Positions 36,593 through 46,568 of a stretch of 64,000 nt of DNA are shown here, one piece after another. Every line of letters starts with the position of its first letter. Within the stretch, counting starts at the first letter, position 1. The notes below the pieces were generated by a model. The model made no database searches, was not told the origin of the DNA, and worked only from the letters and a program-made list of their open reading frames with translations. The translations under genes and the position numbers were made by a program. This stretch comes from an uncultured Actinomycetes bacterium (GTDB taxonomy: Bacteria; Actinomycetota; Actinomycetes; Actinomycetales; Bifidobacteriaceae). The stretch is taken from contig OMWX01000003.1 in NCBI GenBank assembly GCA_900314875.1, positions 184,729-248,728 of the forward strand, given 5' to 3'.

Positions 36593-37345
36593 TCACGGCG
36601 CCTGAAGAGGAATATCCGACTCGAAACTCATGTTTTTCCCGCTGAAAGGGTCTGCGAAGCTTAATTTTCGCGCGACCAGCTGAAGCGGGGAAGAAAAATC
36701 ATCGTATGCTCTCTCGATTATTTTCGGATACAAATCATCGCCGGCAATCGGCAGTCCCAGAGAATTCATGTGAACGCGAAGCTGATGAGTTTTCCCGGTT
36801 TCGGGATAAAGCCTGTAAATTCGCGCGTCAGACTGCGGGAAAACATATTGCGTTCCGGGAACAGTTTCGATAACCGTTTTCGCGTTGGCAGGTCCGATCT
36901 GTTCGAAAGCCTGCATTATTCCGCGCTTTTTCACGATTCTGGACATGCGTTCAAGAGGAAAAACCGACGGATCGCAAAGTTTGCGCACAACCCCAGTTTT
37001 CGGCATTTCAACAGGTTTTATCGCAGACACGCATTCGTACATTTTTGAAACTTCGCGATTTTGAAAAAGCATTTGATACGCGCGGCGGGCTTCGCTTCTG
37101 CGCACAAAAATCACTATTCCGGCCGTTGCTCTGTCCAGTCTGTGCGCGGGAGTTATGTCCGGATTGTCAAACTGCCGGCGAAGGCGAATCAGAGCCGTGG
37201 AAGCATGCCACATTCCCCGGGGAGTAACGGGCAGAAAATGAGGCTTGTCTACCGCGATTATGTTCTCATCGCAGTAAATAATGCGGTATTCGAAAGGAAT
37301 ATCCGGCTCATCGACAACAATTCTGTGTTTTTTGTTTCCCTGCAT
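36593..37345 (-). CDS. RluA-family pseudouridine synthase (no S4 domain)
   Basis: The catalytic motif HRLDRATAGIVIF is present, along with KTHQLRVH. Confidence 0.85.
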   Translation of the reverse strand: MQGNKKHRIVVDEPDIPFEYRIIYCDENIIAVDKPHFLPVTPRGMWHASTALIRLRRQFDNPDITPAHRLDRATAGIVIFVRRSEARRAYQMLFQNREVSKMYECVSAIKPVEMPKTGVVRKLCDPSVFPLERMSRIVKKRGIMQAFEQIGPANAKTVIETVPGTQYVFPQSDARIYRLYPETGKTHQLRVHMNSLGLPIAGDDLYPKIIERAYDDFSSPLQLVARKLSFADPFSGKNMSFESDIPLQAP

Positions 37346-37358
37346 TTTGATTCTGTTT

Positions 37359-38363
37359 TTAAGAATTAATGCTGATATTGCCCTGAACCGTCAAAGAGAT
37401 TTCCACGGCTCTGCCAATATGTTCCGCAACATCCATAGCCGATATCGGATGCCCGGACGAAAGATTGCCTGAATCGGGAATCAGACCGGTTTTATGCAGC
37501 GCAATCTCGTCATTGGCAGCAATCGAACCGGCAACAGAATGAATCCACACGGCCGCAGAAGCAGCCTGCGCCAGAGAAAGCGAACCGGAACGCAGAGCCT
37601 GAGCATTCTGAGCCAGAATCGTGCCCGCAATGCCGGCAAGAACATCTCCTGTTCCTGCGGTGGCAAGCCAGTGCGTGGAGCACGTGATTTTGAAAACGTC
37701 GCGTTCATGCGCTATAACGGTTTGCCCGCCTTTAAGAATAACGCAGCAGCCGAGCAGATTTGAAAGTTTTGTCGCATAATCGACAGGCTGTGCGCTTATC
37801 TGTTCATGCGAAACGTCAATCCCGAACTGCGCGAAAATCTTTGCAGCTTCTCCGCAATGAGGAGTTATGACGAATCTGCCATTATCGGGTTTATTGTCAG
37901 GTTTACTGTCAGACTTGCCGATGTCAGAGTCTAAGTCCGAATGTTTTTTCGCGTTTTGAGCAACCGACTGCGCAAAAATCGGCAAAGCTCCCGCATCGAT
38001 TGCGACATAAGAATCAGTCTGAACGGTTTTAGAACAGATAAGACTGCAAATAAACTCCCTGCGGAAGTCATTTTCTATATCCGCCACTCCGCTTCCGACA
38101 ACCCATGCGTCAGCCTTACCTGCACCCAAAACAGTTTCGGGGCGCGAAATCAAAACCATATTCGAACAGCGTTCCGAACCGTAATATCTTACATATCCGG
38201 CGCCGGACAGAATCGCTCCGTTGGCGCACAAAACAGCCGCTCCGGGATATTTATCGGAGCCGACAGCCAAAGCCACCGTGCCGCGCGAATATTTCGAATC
38301 AGAATTTGAAGGAAAACGCATCACGCCGGCAGCCTGCTTGCAATTCACCGATTTAATGTCCAT
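37359..38363 (-). CDS. ADP-dependent NAD(P)H-hydrate dehydratase (YjeF C-terminal family)
   Basis: GTGDVLAGI motif, the RGTVALAVGSDKYPGAA N-terminus and ITPHCGEAAK fit. Confidence 0.8.
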   Translation of the reverse strand: MDIKSVNCKQAAGVMRFPSNSDSKYSRGTVALAVGSDKYPGAAVLCANGAILSGAGYVRYYGSERCSNMVLISRPETVLGAGKADAWVVGSGVADIENDFRREFICSLICSKTVQTDSYVAIDAGALPIFAQSVAQNAKKHSDLDSDIGKSDSKPDNKPDNGRFVITPHCGEAAKIFAQFGIDVSHEQISAQPVDYATKLSNLLGCCVILKGGQTVIAHERDVFKITCSTHWLATAGTGDVLAGIAGTILAQNAQALRSGSLSLAQAASAAVWIHSVAGSIAANDEIALHKTGLIPDSGNLSSGHPISAMDVAEHIGRAVEISLTVQGNISINS

Positions 38364-38408
38364 ATTCGCCCTGCCTTCAGCTTTTTATATTTCTGCCCTT
38401 ATATTTTG

Positions 38409-38518
38409 CCGTTATGCCGTATGTCCGTTATGCCGTCTGTCCGTTCTGACATTTGCCCGTCTGTAATTTACCCGGTCAGCCGTTCATCTGCCCGACCGTT
38501 CATCTGCCCGGTCTGCAG
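38409..38518. repeat. Imperfect tandem repeats of about 15-16 bp (ccgttatgccgtNtgt / cccgNccgttcatctg)
   Basis: About 7 consecutive related units lie between the glmS stop and the start of the downstream gene. Confidence 0.8.
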
Positions 38519-38521
38519 AAT

Positions 38522-40411
38522 TTATTCCACAGTCACAGATTTGGCCAGATTCCTCGGCTTATCGACATCATAATTCTTCAATTTGGCCACATCCATCGCA
38601 AACAGCTGCAACGGGATGACATCGACAAGCGGAGTTATCAGTTCCGGGCATTCAGGACGGCGGAAAACAACATCCGCATACCTGTCCGCATCCTCGTCAT
38701 CTTCCTCGGCGACCGCAATGATAAACGCTCCGCGCGCCTTTACTTCCTGAATATTGGAAATCACCTTATCATGCAGCGGAGAACAGCTTCTCGCAGAAGG
38801 AACTATAACGATAACCGGAGAGCCCTCTTCAATAAGCGCAATCGGCCCGTGTTTAAGCTCGCCGGCAGCAAAACCCTCGGTAAACGTGTATGCGATTTCC
38901 TTAAGTTTAAGTGCTCCCTCCAAAGCCACGGGATACCCCGTATGACGCCCCAAGAAAAGGAACGACTGAGCATTATGCAGCTTTTCTGCCGCTTTTTCGA
39001 CATTCTCATATTGAGTGTCGAGAACATGCTGAATTTTCGACGGAACCTCGACAAGCGAATCGAGAATATCCGTCATCTGACCGCGCTGCATAGTGCATTT
39101 AACCTGAGCCAGATACAGACCGAGAATATAACAGGCCGTAATCTGCGCGACAAAAGCCTTCGTCGAAGCAACAGCAATCTCCGGTCCGGCGTGCGTATAC
39201 AAAACCGCGTCCGACTCGCGCGGAATCGAAGCTCCCTGCGTATTGCATATGGCAAGAACGCGCGAACCGTGCTCTCGCGCATGCCGCACTGCCATAAGCG
39301 TGTCCATCGTTTCGCCCGACTGAGATATCGCAACAACCAAAGTTTTGCCGTTCATAATCGGGTCGCGATACCTGAATTCGTGAGCCAGTTCAATCTCGAC
39401 AGGAATGCGCACCCAATGCTCAATCGCATATTTCGCGACAAAACCCGCATAAGAAGCCGTTCCGCAGGCCACAACAATTATCTTGTCCACAGACTTGAAA
39501 ACGCTTTCGTCAATGTGCACTTCGTCAAGATTAAGCAGACCGTTTTCGTCAACCCGGCCGCGCAAAGTGTCCGCCACAGCCGTCGGCTCCTCGTGAATTT
39601 CCTTATCCATAAAGGAAGACCAGCCGTTTTTCTCGGCCGCGCTTGCATCCCAGTCGACAGTGTAAGGCTGCGGTTTTTCGACTTCACTGCCGTCAAAATC
39701 GGTTAAAACAATGCTCTGACCGGACACGGTCGCAATGCGATCCTGCGGAACTTCCATTGTTTCTTTCGTATACGCAATAAAAGCCGTAATATCTGATCCC
39801 AAGAAATTTTCCCCGTCGGAAAGACCGATAACAAGCGGAGAATTGTGTCTGGCTCCGACGATGATATTCGGCTGGCGCACATCGACGGCAAGCAGAGCGA
39901 AAGACCCTTTAAGCATTCTTGCAGTGCGGCACATGGCTTCATGCAAATCGGGTTCTCCTTTTTCAGAAGCAATCATATTCGCAATTTTGCCCAAAAGTTT
40001 GGCCGCAACCTCGGTGTCGGTATCCGAATAAAAACAGTATCCTTCATTTTTAAGCTCGAATTTCAGCCTGGCGGCATTTTCGATAATTCCGTTGTGAATA
40101 ACGGCAATCTGCCCGTCCGCGCTCAAATGCGGATGAGAATTCGCGTCTCCCGGAACGCCGTTTGTCGCCCATCGCGTATGACCGATTCCAACAATCGCAT
40201 CGGGCATGGGGCAATGTTTTATGTCTTCTTTAAGAACGTCGAGCCGGCCGGCTTTTTTGCGCAGAACAACCTGATTCATTCCCGGAGAGGTCAGAGCGAC
40301 TCCCGCAGAATCATATCCGCGATATTCCAGCCTGCTCAGCCCCTGCAGGCACACGTTCAAAGGTCTGTCGCACGCCGGAGCTGTGCCGGCATATCCAACA
40401 ATTCCGCACAT
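38522..40411 (-). CDS. glmS: Glutamine-fructose-6-phosphate aminotransferase
   Basis: MCGIVGY N-terminal Cys, two SIS domains and a C-terminal KPRNLAKSVTVE. Confidence 0.95.
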   Translation of the reverse strand: MCGIVGYAGTAPACDRPLNVCLQGLSRLEYRGYDSAGVALTSPGMNQVVLRKKAGRLDVLKEDIKHCPMPDAIVGIGHTRWATNGVPGDANSHPHLSADGQIAVIHNGIIENAARLKFELKNEGYCFYSDTDTEVAAKLLGKIANMIASEKGEPDLHEAMCRTARMLKGSFALLAVDVRQPNIIVGARHNSPLVIGLSDGENFLGSDITAFIAYTKETMEVPQDRIATVSGQSIVLTDFDGSEVEKPQPYTVDWDASAAEKNGWSSFMDKEIHEEPTAVADTLRGRVDENGLLNLDEVHIDESVFKSVDKIIVVACGTASYAGFVAKYAIEHWVRIPVEIELAHEFRYRDPIMNGKTLVVAISQSGETMDTLMAVRHAREHGSRVLAICNTQGASIPRESDAVLYTHAGPEIAVASTKAFVAQITACYILGLYLAQVKCTMQRGQMTDILDSLVEVPSKIQHVLDTQYENVEKAAEKLHNAQSFLFLGRHTGYPVALEGALKLKEIAYTFTEGFAAGELKHGPIALIEEGSPVIVIVPSARSCSPLHDKVISNIQEVKARGAFIIAVAEEDDEDADRYADVVFRRPECPELITPLVDVIPLQLFAMDVAKLKNYDVDKPRNLAKSVTVE

Positions 40412-40450
40412 AAAAACCCATTCTACAGGACAATACTCAAAAGGAGAATC

Positions 40451-41275
40451 TCAGAGCACAGAGTCGATAAATTCCTTAAAACGCTTTGTTTTCGGATTGT
40501 CGATTATCTCAGCTCCGCCCTGCTCGACGACAACTCCTCCGTCAATGAAAACGATATTGTCGGCAACTTCGCGGGCAAATCCGATTTCGTGAGTTACCGT
40601 AATCATCGTCATTCCCTCGGCGGCCACATCGCGCATAACGCGCAAAACCTCGCCGACAAGCTCGGGATCCAAAGCGGAAGTAGGCTCGTCAAAAAGCATT
40701 ATTTGCGGATGCATTGCAAGAGCGCGCGCAATCGCAACTCTCTGCTGCTGACCGCCGGACATCTGAGCCGGATACAAATGCTCTTTTCCTTCCAATCCGA
40801 CGCGCTTAAGCTGAAGCAAAGCTTCTTTTTTCGCTTCCTCTTTGGCAATTTTCTTAACATGCACGGGAGCTTCCATGACATTTTCCAGCGCAGTCATATG
40901 AGGGAAAAGGTTGAAACGCTGAAAAACCATGCCCAATTTCGACCTTTGAGCCGCGATTTCTTTCTCATTCAGACAGCGCAAAACGGTTTTGCCCCCGCGC
41001 TGCTCGGTTTTGCATCCGATTCGCTGTCCGCAAACTTCAATGCTGCCGCCGGTAATGGTTTCCATCTGATTTACAAGCCGCAAAAATGTGGACTTTCCCG
41101 AGCCGGAAGGACCTAAAATCACGGTAACGGTTCCGGGCATTACGGTCATATCAATGCCCTTGAGGATATGCGCAGATCCGAACGCTTTGTGAACCTGCTC
41201 GGCTTTGACTGCGGGAACCGCGTTCGCCGATTTGGTTTGTGCCGCTTTTCCGCTCATGTTATTTTTTTCGCTCAT
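40451..41275 (-). CDS. Polar amino-acid ABC transporter ATP-binding protein (GlnQ-like)
   Basis: GPSGSGKST, MSGGQQQRVAIARAL and LFDEPTSALD. Confidence 0.9.
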   Translation of the reverse strand: MSEKNNMSGKAAQTKSANAVPAVKAEQVHKAFGSAHILKGIDMTVMPGTVTVILGPSGSGKSTFLRLVNQMETITGGSIEVCGQRIGCKTEQRGGKTVLRCLNEKEIAAQRSKLGMVFQRFNLFPHMTALENVMEAPVHVKKIAKEEAKKEALLQLKRVGLEGKEHLYPAQMSGGQQQRVAIARALAMHPQIMLFDEPTSALDPELVGEVLRVMRDVAAEGMTMITVTHEIGFAREVADNIVFIDGGVVVEQGGAEIIDNPKTKRFKEFIDSVL

Positions 41276-41287
41276 ATGTCCCCTCGC

Positions 41288-42280
41288 TTACGCGTTTAAT
41301 CCCGCCAGAGTCGCTTCGTTTGTTTTATTGATGTCATTCTTCACTTCTCCCATTGTTTTCCCGGGAAGATGTTCGCTGTCTTTGCCTTTTTCGCCGGCAA
41401 AATTAGCGTCAAACCCTTTTCCGTAATGCTTCTCGAGCATTCTTTGCAAAACCATAAGAACCGAAGTGATAAGCAGATACCAGATGCATGCGACCAGCAG
41501 CAGCGGAATCGGCTTGTACAGTCTGTTTGCAATCGCATTCGAAGCAAACTGCAAATCGAGGGTAAACGGAACGGCCAGAACCAGCGATGTGGTTTTCAGC
41601 ATTCCGATAGCTTCATTGCCCATGGGAGGAACGATAATTCGCATTGCCTGAGGAAGAATAATTCTGCGCATAATCTGCGAATGAGACATTCCCAAAGCCT
41701 TCGCTGCCTCAGACTGTCCCGGATCGACCGCTTCCAGTCCCGCGCGCACGATTTCCGCCAGATACGCCGATTCGTTAAGAGACAAACCTATTACGGCCGC
41801 ATTGAACGCAGTCATCAAATCCTGCGAATCGCAAGACCAGAAAGTAACGTCAGTAAACGGAATCCCCAGCGACACGCGCGGAATAAGAACTGCGAAAAGC
41901 CCCCAGAAAACAAGCTGCGTATAAACCGGAGTTCCCCTGAAAAACCAGATATAAAACCAGCTGACAAAACGAAGAACCGGATTCGCAGATTCGCGCATAA
42001 CCGCCAAAATCACGGACAAAGCCGTTGCTATAACCATGGAAAGCGCCGTAATTACAAGCGTCCAGCCGATGCCGGAAATAATATTTTCATTGAAAATGTA
42101 TTTCCAGACTACATTCCACTCGAAATTCTCATTGGTCACAAGCCCTTTAACCAGCATTGCCGCGAGAATCAGGACGAATACCGCAGCGATAAAAGATCCC
42201 GGGCGGCGAACCGGCAGAGCTTCGACTCTGTTCGGAATGTCCGGCTGTTCCGATTTCTTGTTATTTCTGTTAAAAAGCAT
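41288..42280 (-). CDS. Polar amino-acid ABC transporter permease (HisM/GlnP family)
   Basis: It has a multi-TM layout and an EAA-like loop (SEAAKALGMSHSQIMRRIILPQA). Confidence 0.85.
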   Translation of the reverse strand: MLFNRNNKKSEQPDIPNRVEALPVRRPGSFIAAVFVLILAAMLVKGLVTNENFEWNVVWKYIFNENIISGIGWTLVITALSMVIATALSVILAVMRESANPVLRFVSWFYIWFFRGTPVYTQLVFWGLFAVLIPRVSLGIPFTDVTFWSCDSQDLMTAFNAAVIGLSLNESAYLAEIVRAGLEAVDPGQSEAAKALGMSHSQIMRRIILPQAMRIIVPPMGNEAIGMLKTTSLVLAVPFTLDLQFASNAIANRLYKPIPLLLVACIWYLLITSVLMVLQRMLEKHYGKGFDANFAGEKGKDSEHLPGKTMGEVKNDINKTNEATLAGLNA

Positions 42281-42398
42281 TGGTTTTCCTTGTTTTTGAA
42301 GTTTTGCGAGATTTGAAAGTCTTGCGGTGCTTGCGAGATTTGCGAGATTTGCTGTCTGTCAGATTATTTCTGTCAATTTTTTTCAGTCATTTTTTCAG

Positions 42399-43313
42399 TC
42401 ATGTTATGTCCTCCGGATTGATTTCGGCTTCGCTTAATGCTCCTTCGTTCACCGACCATTTTTTCAAAATCCGGCCATATGTCCCGTCATCCATAAGTTT
42501 CTGCATAGCTTTCTGCATTGCCTGAGCAGTTTGAGAATCGCCTTTTTTTATCGCAATCGCATTTTTCGCAGTATCGGAAGTCTGTCCGACCTGCTGCAGC
42601 TGCCCTGAAGTTTTCGAAACAGCATACAGAGCCACAGGCAAATCCGAATACAGAAGGTCAGCTTTGCCCGTCACGACGGCCGTGGATACTTCTCCCATCG
42701 ATTTCAGCGAAATAACATCGATTTTTTTCTGTCCGGAAGCCTGACATTCATCGCTTAAATCATTTACCAGCTCTTCGTGCGTAGTTCCGGTCTGCACGCC
42801 GATTTTCAATCCGCAAAGCGAATCGGTATCGATGTTTTTCGAGCTGTCCCTTTTCGAAACGAAAATCGAGCCGGATCTGTAGTAACTGACAAAATCAACG
42901 GATTCCATGCGCTCTTCGGTTACGGTAAAACCTGAGAATCCTATGTCGAATTTGGTTCCTATTGCGGGAATAATCGAATCGAAAGAAGACGGGACAAACA
43001 CGGCTTCCACTCCCAAAATGGCCGCGATTGCGTTTGCGAAGTCAACTTCGTATCCTACGATTGTTTTGCCGTCCGAACCTATGAATTCCGCAGGCGCAAA
43101 CCCGGGTTCGAGACCGATTTTAAGTTTCCCCGATTCGGCTATGCTCTTCGGAAGAACAGATGCAATGCTTTCGTCTTTGGCGATCGAGCTGACATCATAT
43201 GGCACTTCTTCGCTCGACAGAGATTCGCTTGTTCCGCAGCCGCTGAAAACAGGCACGCAAAACATTGCCGCCGTCAAAGCAGCAGAAAATCTTCTGAATG
43301 AATTTCTTTTCAT
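42399..43313 (-). CDS. Polar amino-acid ABC transporter substrate-binding lipoprotein
   Basis: The internal ATG at 43313 gives MKRNSFRRFSAALTAAMFCVPVFSGCG (lipobox). The fold is family-3 SBP-like. Confidence 0.85.
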   Translation of the reverse strand: MKRNSFRRFSAALTAAMFCVPVFSGCGTSESLSSEEVPYDVSSIAKDESIASVLPKSIAESGKLKIGLEPGFAPAEFIGSDGKTIVGYEVDFANAIAAILGVEAVFVPSSFDSIIPAIGTKFDIGFSGFTVTEERMESVDFVSYYRSGSIFVSKRDSSKNIDTDSLCGLKIGVQTGTTHEELVNDLSDECQASGQKKIDVISLKSMGEVSTAVVTGKADLLYSDLPVALYAVSKTSGQLQQVGQTSDTAKNAIAIKKGDSQTAQAMQKAMQKLMDDGTYGRILKKWSVNEGALSEAEINPEDIT

Positions 43314-43450
43314 AACTCTTCCGTGTCGCTTCCGGTTTCCCTCTTCCGATCCGCTTTTGCAGCAAACCGGTTTATGTCTGTTTTTCCCATTTGCCGAAAT
43401 TGCCGTTCGGCATAATTGCAAAATTATTGCCTGCCGAAATTATTGTCCGC

Positions 43451-43951
43451 TTATCGCTTGTTGAAATTGCGCATTGCCCGCAGCGCTTCTCTTTTATCCT
43501 GAGCTTCGCGCAAAGCCTGACGCTTGTCATATTCCCGCTTTCCTCTGGCCAGAGCTATTTCGGCTTTTATTCTGCCGTCTTTAAAATACAGCTTAAGCGG
43601 AATAATAGTATATCCTTTAACCTGCGTTTGGCGAGACAACTTGGCAATCTGCTTGGCATGAAGCAGCAGTTTGCGTTTTCTTTTCGGAGCATGATTTGTC
43701 CATGTCCCGTTCAGATATTCGGGAATATTTGCGCCCTCGAGCCAAATCTCCCCGTATTTGTCAGTCGAAACAAAAGCCTCCGCCAGAGAAGCCCGGCCGT
43801 TGCGCAGCGATTTTACTTCCGTGCCGGTAAGCACAAGACCGGCTTCAAGCCTGTCCTCGATTTCATAATCGTGTTTTGCTTTCCTGTTGGTGCAAATCAC
43901 GCTGCTGTTTTCGTCTTTTTTCTTTGCCACGGTGTCTCCTCCTTTCCGCAA
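43451..43951 (-). CDS. smpB: SsrA-binding protein
   Basis: NRKAKHDYEIEDRLEAGLVLTGTEVKSLR and the basic C-terminal tail fit. Confidence 0.9.
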   Translation of the reverse strand: MRKGGDTVAKKKDENSSVICTNRKAKHDYEIEDRLEAGLVLTGTEVKSLRNGRASLAEAFVSTDKYGEIWLEGANIPEYLNGTWTNHAPKRKRKLLLHAKQIAKLSRQTQVKGYTIIPLKLYFKDGRIKAEIALARGKREYDKRQALREAQDKREALRAMRNFNKR

Positions 43952-44053
43952 AGGTTTTGCAGTCTTTTGCCTGCTGTGCGCTTTTATTTCAGATCATGCG
44001 CCTGAGCGGGCTCAAATTTTACAAATTTTACATTGACAATATTAATAATTAAA

Positions 44054-44103
44054 CGGGACGTATCTTTCTCGCGTTTTGAAATCGCGACAAAAACACGTCC
44101 CCG
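44054..44103 (-). terminator. Candidate terminator after the CHAP-domain gene
   Basis: Long hairpin cgggacgt...acgtccccg with inner stem tcgcg/cgcga. On the minus strand it is followed by a T/A-rich tract. Confidence 0.45.
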
Positions 44104-44178
44104 ATAAAAAATAATCAATAAAAATCTGCAGACAGCAAGAACCACGATCTGCGCGGCTGCAGGCAGACAAAGCGCAGA

Positions 44179-45534
44179 TCAGTGCACGTAATAGAACCTG
44201 GACGGACTGTAAAGCGTCCTGCTGCTTACGACATACGGTCCTTTCACATTCATTTCAGAAATAACGATATAACCGTTTCCGACCTGCTCGACAACGGCCA
44301 CATGACCGTATGTGCCGTCCGCATATTCCTGTCCCGGCAGGAACGACAACGCCGCTCCGACCTGCGGATTATGATCGACTCTCAGTCCGTAATTCGGAGC
44401 AGTCTGCCACCACTGTCCGCCATTGCCCAGATAAGACGGCGTTCCGATTCCCATCGCAGCGCGACGATTATACGCATACCAGGTGCATTGCCCCGCCATA
44501 TACATGTTTCCGTAATCGCCGTTATGCGTTCCCTGACCGCCGGGATCGGGCGAAGGAGAAGGAGACGGATCGGGCGTCGGAGTCGGGGAAGGCGTCGGAG
44601 TCGGAGACGGGTCGTGCTTGGAACGATCCTGCGCTCCGTTTTGATCCTGCTGAGCTTTGCGCTGCTCTTCCGCATACTGGAGATTGTACTGATCAATCGT
44701 GTTCTGCAGGAAAAGCGTCTGGGCAGCCTGGCGGGCAGACTCGGTTTCCAGCTCTCCCTGACGGGAAAGCAATTCCTGCGAGCGCGTTTCGGACTGACTG
44801 CGAAGCTGTTCAAGCTGAGCTATTTTCGCATTCGCGGTATCTGACGCTTCTTTCGCAGCCGCCGCAGCATTTTCGGCTTTTACTTTCAAAGCATTAATGC
44901 GTTTTTCGATTGCTTCGAGACGCTGAGAGCGGTTTGCGGAAATATCAAGGATATCGGCTGCTTCGGAAGCCGCATTCGCTTCGGAACGCGAAAGAGCTTC
45001 TCTTGACTGCATGGATTCGACAAATTCTTCGGCCGTGCCTGCTCCGGTAAGAACGTCCATTACGTCTGTTCCTTCAGATCCTTGCAAATCCTCGCGAACC
45101 ATCTGCGCGACAAGAGCTTTCGCATCATCGTAATCTTTTCCGGTCTGTTCTATTTTTGCCTGCAGATCCGCCAAATCTTTTTGTGACGCTTTCAAACGAG
45201 CCGTTGCCGATTCTTCCTCGCTTTTCGCCTGCGCGTACGCGTTGTTTGCTTCGACGACGTCGGTCTGCGCTGCGGGAATTTGCGTATTAATCAGGGAATC
45301 CAGCTCCAAAACCTTCTGAGCAAGTTCCTGGTTTACTCCGGCAAGACTGTTTCTCAAATCGGCTTCCCGCTGAGCGGATGACTGCTGCTGCCGCTGAGCG
45401 GAAACCAAATCCGAATACGTGTCAGCACCGGCAAAACCGTTCGGAATAAAACCTGCAAGCGAGAACGCGAGAACCGCCGCGCCCGAAGCTGAGGCAAATC
45501 TTTTCATTGACGCTTTTTCGGCGGGTTTCAGCAT
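44179..45534 (-). CDS. Secreted coiled-coil plus CHAP-domain peptidoglycan hydrolase (PcsB/RipC-like partner of FtsEX)
   Basis: It has a signal peptide, a long Q/A/E-rich coiled coil and a PTPSPTP linker. The C-terminal CHAP domain has GQCTWYAYNRR..GHVAVVE. It lies immediately downstream of ftsE-ftsX. Confidence 0.8.
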   Translation of the reverse strand: MLKPAEKASMKRFASASGAAVLAFSLAGFIPNGFAGADTYSDLVSAQRQQQSSAQREADLRNSLAGVNQELAQKVLELDSLINTQIPAAQTDVVEANNAYAQAKSEEESATARLKASQKDLADLQAKIEQTGKDYDDAKALVAQMVREDLQGSEGTDVMDVLTGAGTAEEFVESMQSREALSRSEANAASEAADILDISANRSQRLEAIEKRINALKVKAENAAAAAKEASDTANAKIAQLEQLRSQSETRSQELLSRQGELETESARQAAQTLFLQNTIDQYNLQYAEEQRKAQQDQNGAQDRSKHDPSPTPTPSPTPTPDPSPSPSPDPGGQGTHNGDYGNMYMAGQCTWYAYNRRAAMGIGTPSYLGNGGQWWQTAPNYGLRVDHNPQVGAALSFLPGQEYADGTYGHVAVVEQVGNGYIVISEMNVKGPYVVSSRTLYSPSRFYYVH

Positions 45535-45647
45535 TATAATTTTCCTCCCGAATCATTCGAATAAAATTCGCGCAAAAAATCGTAAAAAATATTTTACAGG
45601 ATAAACGTGCTCATAAACGCAAATAAGATTTTCTTCCGGTTTTCTTT

Positions 45648-46568
45648 TCAGGCTTTCATATACCTGCGAAGCGCAACCACGGATGAAAGCGATGACAGAA
45701 GAATCGCGCCGAAAATAATAAACGGCGACACGAGAAGCACGTCATACAGATCGACGAACGGAATCCAGCCCATCGACGAGGAAAGCCAGCCCGAAGTCGT
45801 CTGCACAAGAACCGCGAGAGCCGCGCAAGACAGAAGAGAACCTATAAACGAAGCAAACGCTCCTTCAAGAATAAACGGCATTCGAATCGTCCAGTTGGAA
45901 GCTCCCACAAGCCGCATGATTTCCATTTCTTCGGCTCGAGATGCGGCAGACATTCGAATCGTGGTTCCGGTAAGCAGAACCGCAACAAAAATCATAATTG
46001 CCGCCAGCGAAACGGCCATAACGGTCGCGCGGTTCAGAACATCAAAAACCGGTTCGAAAATCTGCCGCTGATCTACGACTTTTTCTACTCCGTCGCGATT
46101 GGTCAAAACCTCGGAAACCGCTTTATATTTGGACGGATCTTTTAATTTCAGGCGAAGAGAGCTCTGCATGTCGTCCGCAGTAAGAGTCCTGCCCTTGTAT
46201 TGTCCGCCCGGATATTTTTTCAAGAATGTGTTTTCGAAAAACTGTTCTTTGCTCACATAAGTTTCAGATTCGACTGTATCGCTTAAATCATTGTGAATAA
46301 CGGAAATCAGGTTCATGATTTCCTGCTGGCTGGGCGATTTGCCGGTCGAACAGCCGACAGACTGGCTTGTTCCGTCCGGGCACAGCCATACGACGACTTC
46401 AACTTTGTCATACCAGTCGCTTTCGGCCTTGACAATCTGGCTTTGGAACATTGCAGACGCGCCGACAAACAGGAAAGAGACGAAAGCCACGAGCATTACG
46501 GATACAATCATTGCTCCGTTGCGGCGCAAATTCATCCATGTCTGAGATAAAACGAATCTCAGTTTCAT
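45648..46568 (-). CDS. ftsX: Cell-division ABC permease-like protein FtsX
   Basis: It has an N-terminal TM, a periplasmic domain and 3 C-terminal TM segments. Its start overlaps the ftsE stop. Confidence 0.88.
   Translation of the reverse strand: MKLRFVLSQTWMNLRRNGAMIVSVMLVAFVSFLFVGASAMFQSQIVKAESDWYDKVEVVVWLCPDGTSQSVGCSTGKSPSQQEIMNLISVIHNDLSDTVESETYVSKEQFFENTFLKKYPGGQYKGRTLTADDMQSSLRLKLKDPSKYKAVSEVLTNRDGVEKVVDQRQIFEPVFDVLNRATVMAVSLAAIMIFVAVLLTGTTIRMSAASRAEEMEIMRLVGASNWTIRMPFILEGAFASFIGSLLSCAALAVLVQTTSGWLSSSMGWIPFVDLYDVLLVSPFIIFGAILLSSLSSVVALRRYMKA

Noticed and set aside
40412-40450. A glmS ribozyme upstream of glmS
   Set aside because: Only 39 nt separate glmS from the upstream ABC ATPase gene, which leaves no room for the ribozyme of about 170 nt.
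38453-41116. Long plus-strand ORFs (417 aa and 423 aa) opposite glmS and the ABC ATPase gene
   Set aside because: They lie antisense to genes with unmistakable motifs. Their translations are Arg/Ser/Phe-rich with no recognisable domain, which is typical of shadow ORFs. The same reasoning applies to 27033-28064, 29593-30552, 41369-42316, 58790-59794 and similar ORFs.
43385-43420. Hairpin tgccgaa-attgccg-ttcggca downstream of smpB, as a terminator
   Set aside because: No U-run follows on the minus strand. It may be structural, but it cannot be called a terminator from sequence alone.
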